From positions 4,235 through 68,234 of the IMG/VR virus record IMGVR_UViG_3300037507_002457: a stretch of 64,000 bases of DNA; one strand, given 5' to 3'. A model generated the notes under the pieces. It was not told the DNA's origin. It worked only from the letters and a program-made list of their open reading frames with translations, and made no database searches. A program made the translations under genes and the position numbers. This document shows, piece after piece, positions 60,453-64,000 of this stretch (position 1 is its first letter; every line of letters begins with the position of its first letter). The DNA is from a virus.

Positions 60453-60534
60453 AGAGAGTAAAGGGTACAGCCATTGGAATATCGCAATGGGTTCATGTAG
60501 CGTAATAAGCACTCTTGACCAAACACTCTCTACA
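60453..60534 (+). ncRNA. Candidate small structured RNA B
   Basis: AGAGAGT/ACTCTCT closing stem, AAGGGT/ACTCTT, CCATTG/CAATGG. tRNA-sized but not a cloverleaf. Confidence 0.45.
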
Positions 60535-60540
60535 ATTTAT

Positions 60541-60616
60541 TGTCCCATAGCTCAGTTGGCAGAGCAAGAAATTGTTAATTTCAAGGTCGCACGTTCGAAC
60601 CGTGCTGGGACAGCCA
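60541..60616 (+). tRNA. tRNA-Asn(GTT)
   Basis: TGTCCCA/TGGGACA, loop TTGTTAA, GTTCGAAC, G73-CCA. Confidence 0.9.
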
Positions 60617-60623
60617 TTTTTAT

Positions 60624-60701
60624 GGGGATTGTGATGTAATTAGATTAGCATAACAGATTGTGAATCTGTGTGAGACGGAGCATAACCGTCCATTCCCACC
60701 A
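60624..60701 (+). tRNA. tRNA-His(GTG)
   Basis: ACAGA-TTGTGAA-TCTGT, possible encoded G-1, atypical T loop, CCA. Confidence 0.8.
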
Positions 60702-60707
60702 TTTTAT

Positions 60708-60782
60708 GGATCATAAGCATAAGAAGTGATGCTCTAGGCTCTTAACCTTGAGAACACGGGGCAGTACCGTGATGATCCACCA
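60708..60782 (+). tRNA. tRNA-Lys(CTT)
   Basis: GGATCAT/ATGATCC, loop CTCTTAA, CCA. Confidence 0.85.
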
Positions 60783-60788
60783 TTTAAT

Positions 60789-60862
60789 ACGGACGTGGTA
60801 TATTAGTAGTGCCTCGGTCTCCAAAACCGATGACGAGAGTGCGATTCTCTCCGTCCGTGCCA
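60789..60862 (+). tRNA. tRNA-Trp(CCA)
   Basis: ACGGACG/CGTCCGT, TCGGT-CTCCAAA-ACCGA, G73-CCA. Confidence 0.85.
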
Positions 60863-60870
60863 TATTTATT

Positions 60871-61100
60871 TTACCAGTAAGACGCAGAGTCTTAGCGGTC
60901 GTAGCATACACATCAGCAATCTTGTGGGTCGTTTCTGCAAGACCGAGTGACAGGTACGACGCCCGATAAGCCGGACATTATTCGCTAAACGTGAGCCAAG
61001 GCAAAAGAAGCGGGTAATGTTCCAAGAACAGAGTGCACGATATGTTCGGGCCATAACGGAGAAAAATAGTGTATGGTGGGTGAGAGCCCCACACTGGTAA
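60871..61100 (+). ncRNA. Candidate ~230-nt ncRNA C with tRNA-like ends
   Basis: TTACCAGT/ACTGGTAA closing stem preceded by a T-arm-like hairpin GTGGG-TGAGAG-CCCAC, plus several internal helices. Confidence 0.65.
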
Positions 61101-61108
61101 TTCATTTA

Positions 61109-61186
61109 TGGGGTGGGAGCTTATGAAGCACAAGCGATAGATTGTCAATCTATAGATAGTCGGTGCAAATCCGATGCACCCCGCCA
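61109..61186 (+). tRNA. tRNA-Asp(GTC)
   Basis: GGGGTG/CACCCC, ATAGA-TTGTCAA-TCTAT, G73-CCA. Confidence 0.85.
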
Positions 61187-61196
61187 AAATTTTAAT

Positions 61197-61283
61197 GGTG
61201 TCGTCGCATAGTGGCAATTGCAGGAGACTGTAAATTTCCCGACCTAACGGTCTACATTGGTTCGAGTCCAATCGGCACCACCA
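61197..61283 (+). tRNA. tRNA-Tyr(GTA)
   Basis: Loop CTGTAAA, long variable arm, GGTTCGAGTCC, CCA. Confidence 0.9.
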
Positions 61284-61366
61284 ACTTCATATGAAGAAGC
61301 CACCAGCCTGATCCGCTGTCCTACCAACCGTGGCGATCTCCTATGGTAGTGAAGGGACCAATTTAT

Positions 61367-61441
61367 GGGAGTATAGTGTAATGTATAACACGCAACGCTA
61401 CGGACGTTGTAATCTAGGTTAAATTCCTAGTACTCCTACCA
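61367..61441 (+). tRNA. tRNA-Arg(ACG)
   Basis: GGGAGTA/TACTCCT, CAACG-CTACGGA-CGTTG, CCA. Confidence 0.88.
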
Positions 61442-61445
61442 ATTT

Positions 61446-61521
61446 GGCCCCATAGAATAATGGTTGAGTTCGCCGCTCTTTCAAAGCGGAGAGGTGGGAT
61501 CGTGACCCACTGGGGCTACCA
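61446..61521 (+). tRNA. tRNA-Glu(TTC)
   Basis: GGCCCCA/TGGGGCT, CCGCT-CTTTCAA-AGCGG, CCA. Confidence 0.88.
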
Positions 61522-61530
61522 GTTTATTAT

Positions 61531-61604
61531 TGTTCCTTGGTGTAATGGTAGCACAAGCGACTTTGACTCGCTTTGTCATGGTTCGAATCCATGAGGAACA
61601 GCCA
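61531..61604 (+). tRNA. tRNA-Gln(TTG)
   Basis: TGTTCCT/AGGAACA, AGCGA-CTTTGAC-TCGCT, GGTTCGAATCC, CCA. Confidence 0.92.
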
Positions 61605-61618
61605 CTATATATATTCAT

Positions 61619-61801
61619 ATGATAATAATACGCAGAGCAGTAGATAAACATAGAGCATACACGGTTATATTCCTAAAAGGTGAACCGCCTAAATGGATAC
61701 CAACCAGTGATTATGAGCATCAACGTATACTTGAAATATACAAGCAAGATAAGCGATATGAAGGTATACTCAATGATTTTACTGATCTTGATCTAAACTA
61801 G
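61619..61801 (+). CDS. Small hypothetical protein
   Basis: 60 aa ORF after tRNA-Gln. Confidence 0.55.
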   Translation: MIIIRRAVDKHRAYTVIFLKGEPPKWIPTSDYEHQRILEIYKQDKRYEGILNDFTDLDLN

Positions 61802-62551
61802 TCCAACGAATCTCAATAGTGATTCGTAAAATGAATTTGGTATAGGATGATTTTTATATACATTCAATGTCGCATTCGACCAGTGTATTGCCAATAAATC
61901 CTTCGGAAATTCGAAAGGTCCAAAAAATGGGCCAGTTTTTTTACATCCAAGGTCCAAATAATGTTTTTGATGCAAAAAACATTCTCGACATTTCTTTGTG
62001 GTTATATTTGTTCTGTTTACCAGTATGTCCATACACAAATTCATAGAACAATCCCAATGTAGATATGGCATTGTTAAATAATTTATTTTCATGGATAATT
62101 CTTTGTATGCTTCAATCGCAAATGAAGAACCTTTTGGACATTTCATCAAGAAAGTGCTTAATGTTTTTCTTGCATCCAAAATATCAACAAATAGATATTC
62201 TGGGTTATAATTAATTGGTGCCAAATAAGCTACATCCAATTGGGAATATATTCCACCTTCCATAGCAAGAAGCTTACATTGAAACTGATCAGACCAATGA
62301 CTTAATGAACCTATACCCCCGTTTGGAATATATGGTAAATATTCTCCTTGAAATGAGAAAATTGAACTTTTGGGCATTATATCCGCCGCGTCTCGTAAGA
62401 TTGTTTTGTCTGGTACATTTTTTATTTTGTCATAACACCAAAGATGTACTTCGTGACCGTGTAGCTGCAATAATTTTATTGTGAGTTGTTCCATTAAGCT
62501 TAAACTGTCACCAACCCACACCGTGTGTACTATAACATTTTCTTTATTCAT
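61793..62551 (-). CDS. Glycosyltransferase (GT32 / DXD-like)
   Basis: HTVWVG..LSLMEQL..GHEVHLWCY, DAADI, SDQF..LL..GGIYSQLDV, IHWSN. Confidence 0.75.
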   Translation of the reverse strand: MNKENVIVHTVWVGDSLSLMEQLTIKLLQLHGHEVHLWCYDKIKNVPDKTILRDAADIMPKSSIFSFQGEYLPYIPNGGIGSLSHWSDQFQCKLLAMEGGIYSQLDVAYLAPINYNPEYLFVDILDARKTLSTFLMKCPKGSSFAIEAYKELSMKINYLTMPYLHWDCSMNLCMDILVNRTNITTKKCRECFLHQKHYLDLGCKKTGPFFGPFEFPKDLLAIHWSNATLNVYKNHPIPNSFYESLLRFVGLV

Positions 62552-62584
62552 ATTTCATATATATGAATTATAAATAGTTTTTAT

Positions 62585-62659
62585 GGTAGAGTAGCTCAAA
62601 GGAAGAGCAGTCTGTTGATAACGGACAGGTTGTGGTGTCAGGATCCACCTCTACCACCA
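62585..62659 (+). tRNA. tRNA-Ile(GAT)
   Basis: GGTAGAG/CTCTACC, loop TTGATAA, irregular T arm, CCA. Confidence 0.78.
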
Positions 62660-62660
62660 T

Positions 62661-63092
62661 TTAACTTGGGTCATATCCAAACTCGTGAATACTATTAGCG
62701 TCTGTATATAGATGCTTTGCTGGCACAACTTTGGTTATTATTTTATAATCTCCACCAAGTGTTCTTTCGCCGTGAGTAACTGCATATTGCTTATTGATAG
62801 TCACCCAATCACTCGCATTTATATCTCCTTGTATATTTGAAGGAACTGCACGATATATCTTTACTTTAGCGTCTGGTTTATCTTTGGTATTATGCATTAT
62901 GCTAATAGACAACTGGTCACTATAATCTGTTGCTCTATCGCCATAATATGCTACTGCTTTATTTGAGTATATGTCATCTGGATATATCTGCGTAAGGTCG
63001 TGTAAAGGAGAGCCGTTTGATTTACTTGGAGCTTTATGCGTTCCTTTATAATCATTTTCTAATATTTTTTTAGCTAGTAGATATAGTTTCAC
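62661..63092 (-). CDS. Hypothetical protein, possible ADP-ribosyltransferase-like fold
   Basis: VKIYRAVP..DWVT..YAVTHG..EFGY resembles an R..S/T..E ART core (inference). LLAKKILE leader and TATTTATA upstream on the minus strand. Confidence 0.6.
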   Translation of the reverse strand: MKLYLLAKKILENDYKGTHKAPSKSNGSPLHDLTQIYPDDIYSNKAVAYYGDRATDYSDQLSISIMHNTKDKPDAKVKIYRAVPSNIQGDINASDWVTINKQYAVTHGERTLGGDYKIITKVVPAKHLYTDANSIHEFGYDPS

Positions 63093-63125
63093 AATTATAA
63101 ATATATATAAAATGATAGAATGTTG

Positions 63126-63171
63126 TTGACTTTCTATTAAACTAGTACATAGTTATTCTCGTTCTTTCAAA
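63126..63171 (+). promoter_or_regulatory. Sigma70-like promoter with a boxA-like element
   Basis: TTGACT..CATAGT, then CGTTCTTTCAAA just before tRNA-Ala. Confidence 0.6.
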
Positions 63172-63175
63172 TAAT

Positions 63176-63251
63176 GGGCTCATATCTCAGTTGGTAGAGA
63201 AGCTGCTTTGCAAGCAGAAGGTCGCAGGTTCGAACCCTGTTGGGTCCACCA
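63176..63251 (+). tRNA. tRNA-Ala(TGC)
   Basis: GGGCTCA/TGGGTCC with G3:U70, loop TTTGCAA, GGTTCGAACCC, CCA. Confidence 0.92.
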
Positions 63252-63256
63252 TTTTT

Positions 63257-63570
63257 GTGGCGGAAAAAGTCTTATCAAATGGGACTAACGCATTATCTAT
63301 ACGAAGAGTATAGGTAAGTTTCTGCTCCGAGTAGTAAGTAAGGTACTATGCTGAAGCCTAGGTTGGCCAACCGAAGCTACCAGAGGTATGGTTTGTATGT
63401 AGAATAACATATGACATTGCGAACCATTATGATGCGACGGTATCATCTGACTGAATAACTGAAATATCGGAGTTGGAATGGAGGTAATCATTATTCCTCC
63501 CAATATTTTCACACATAACTAGGGCAGTCCCTTCGTGGCGTCGCATACGATACTAACGACAAGTCTTTTT
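63257..63570 (+). ncRNA. Candidate ~300-nt structured ncRNA D
   Basis: No credible ORF. Helices GGGACT/AGTCCC, CTCCGA/TCGGAG, TGGTTTGTATGT/ACATTGCGAACCA, GGAGG/CCTCC. Confidence 0.5.
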
Positions 63571-63653
63571 TATATACTTGACAAAATAGATTTTTACTTC
63601 AATATGTGCGGTGAAATGAGATGCAATAACGCAAATCATTTCATACACACACA

Positions 63654-63884
63654 ATGAATAAGTCGAATACACAAAAGACAGGTAAAAGCGGTTATGAAAT
63701 CCGTTGGGAAGTGCTTAACAAGGCACTTGAAATGGCTGATGGTCGTTATCACTTCTCTCAAGAAGCGCTGCGATACGAGGCTGAAAAAACCAACAAGGGA
63801 GCATTACCGATTGCACCAGACAATCGCGTAGAGGAAGCAATGCAAATTGCTGAAAAACTCTATCGATTTGTAGAGAGTAAGTAA
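63654..63884 (+). CDS. Hypothetical protein
   Basis: KSGYEIRWEVLNKALEM..EAMQIAEKLYRFVE, with TTGACA upstream at 63578. Confidence 0.7.
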   Translation: MNKSNTQKTGKSGYEIRWEVLNKALEMADGRYHFSQEALRYEAEKTNKGALPIAPDNRVEEAMQIAEKLYRFVESK

Positions 63885-63938
63885 TAGTTATATCGTGGTG
63901 TAATAGATATAACTAGTGTATTTGATTACACCACTTAT

Positions 63939-64000
63939 ACAGGTGTAGCGTAATCTGGTTATCGCGTTCCGTTTGGGGCGGAAAGATTGTGAGTTCAAAT
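63939..64000 (+). tRNA. tRNA-Pro(TGG), truncated by the window end
   Basis: TTCCG-TTTGGGG-CGGAA anticodon arm and GAGTTCAAAT T arm start. Confidence 0.85.

Noticed and set aside
60871-61100. tmRNA
   Set aside because: No GGGG 5' end, no G3:U70, no CCA, no evident tag ORF, and too short.
60067-61271. Short ORFs overlapping the tRNA cluster
   Set aside because: They run across clear tRNA genes and are spurious, apart from the 44-aa ORF at 60311.
63257-63570. RNase P RNA
   Set aside because: GGAAAAAGTC only loosely resembles the P4 5' strand and I found no matching 3' P4 consensus.
1-64000. Stop-codon reassignment as in some jumbo phages
   Set aside because: Conserved genes are full length in the standard code and no suppressor tRNA was seen in this window.

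Overview
This window is 64 kb of a large, AT-rich, T4-superfamily-like myovirus (probably a jumbo phage), read with the standard genetic code and almost entirely on the + strand. In order it holds: (1) a tail module (sheath C-terminus, tube, tail-assembly chaperone with a likely programmed frameshift, tape measure, baseplate-like genes) interspersed with homing endonucleases and late hypothetical genes; (2) a replication and recombination module (short family-A polymerase, SSB, RecA/UvsX, 5'-3' exonuclease, DnaB-like helicase, class Ia RNR, family-B polymerase, clamp, clamp loader); (3) a MoxR-like AAA+ ATPase gene split by a GIY-YIG endonuclease, then a vWA partner and rIIA/rIIB; (4) a glycosylation cluster headed by a Pro/Thr mucin-like protein; (5) RNA repair genes; (6) at least 13 tRNAs interleaved with several unexplained structured non-coding segments. 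The most notable signals are: a family of late proteins sharing Glu-terminated leader peptides plus a Glu-punctuated polyprotein (candidate head-packaging and protease-release system); the split AAA+ ATPase with complementary acidic and basic ends; a leader-peptide attenuator and boxA-like sites ahead of the tRNA region; several candidate novel ncRNAs; and a late-promoter candidate (TATTTATA) that is the reverse complement of the T4 one. All family calls come from motif recognition by eye, not database searches.
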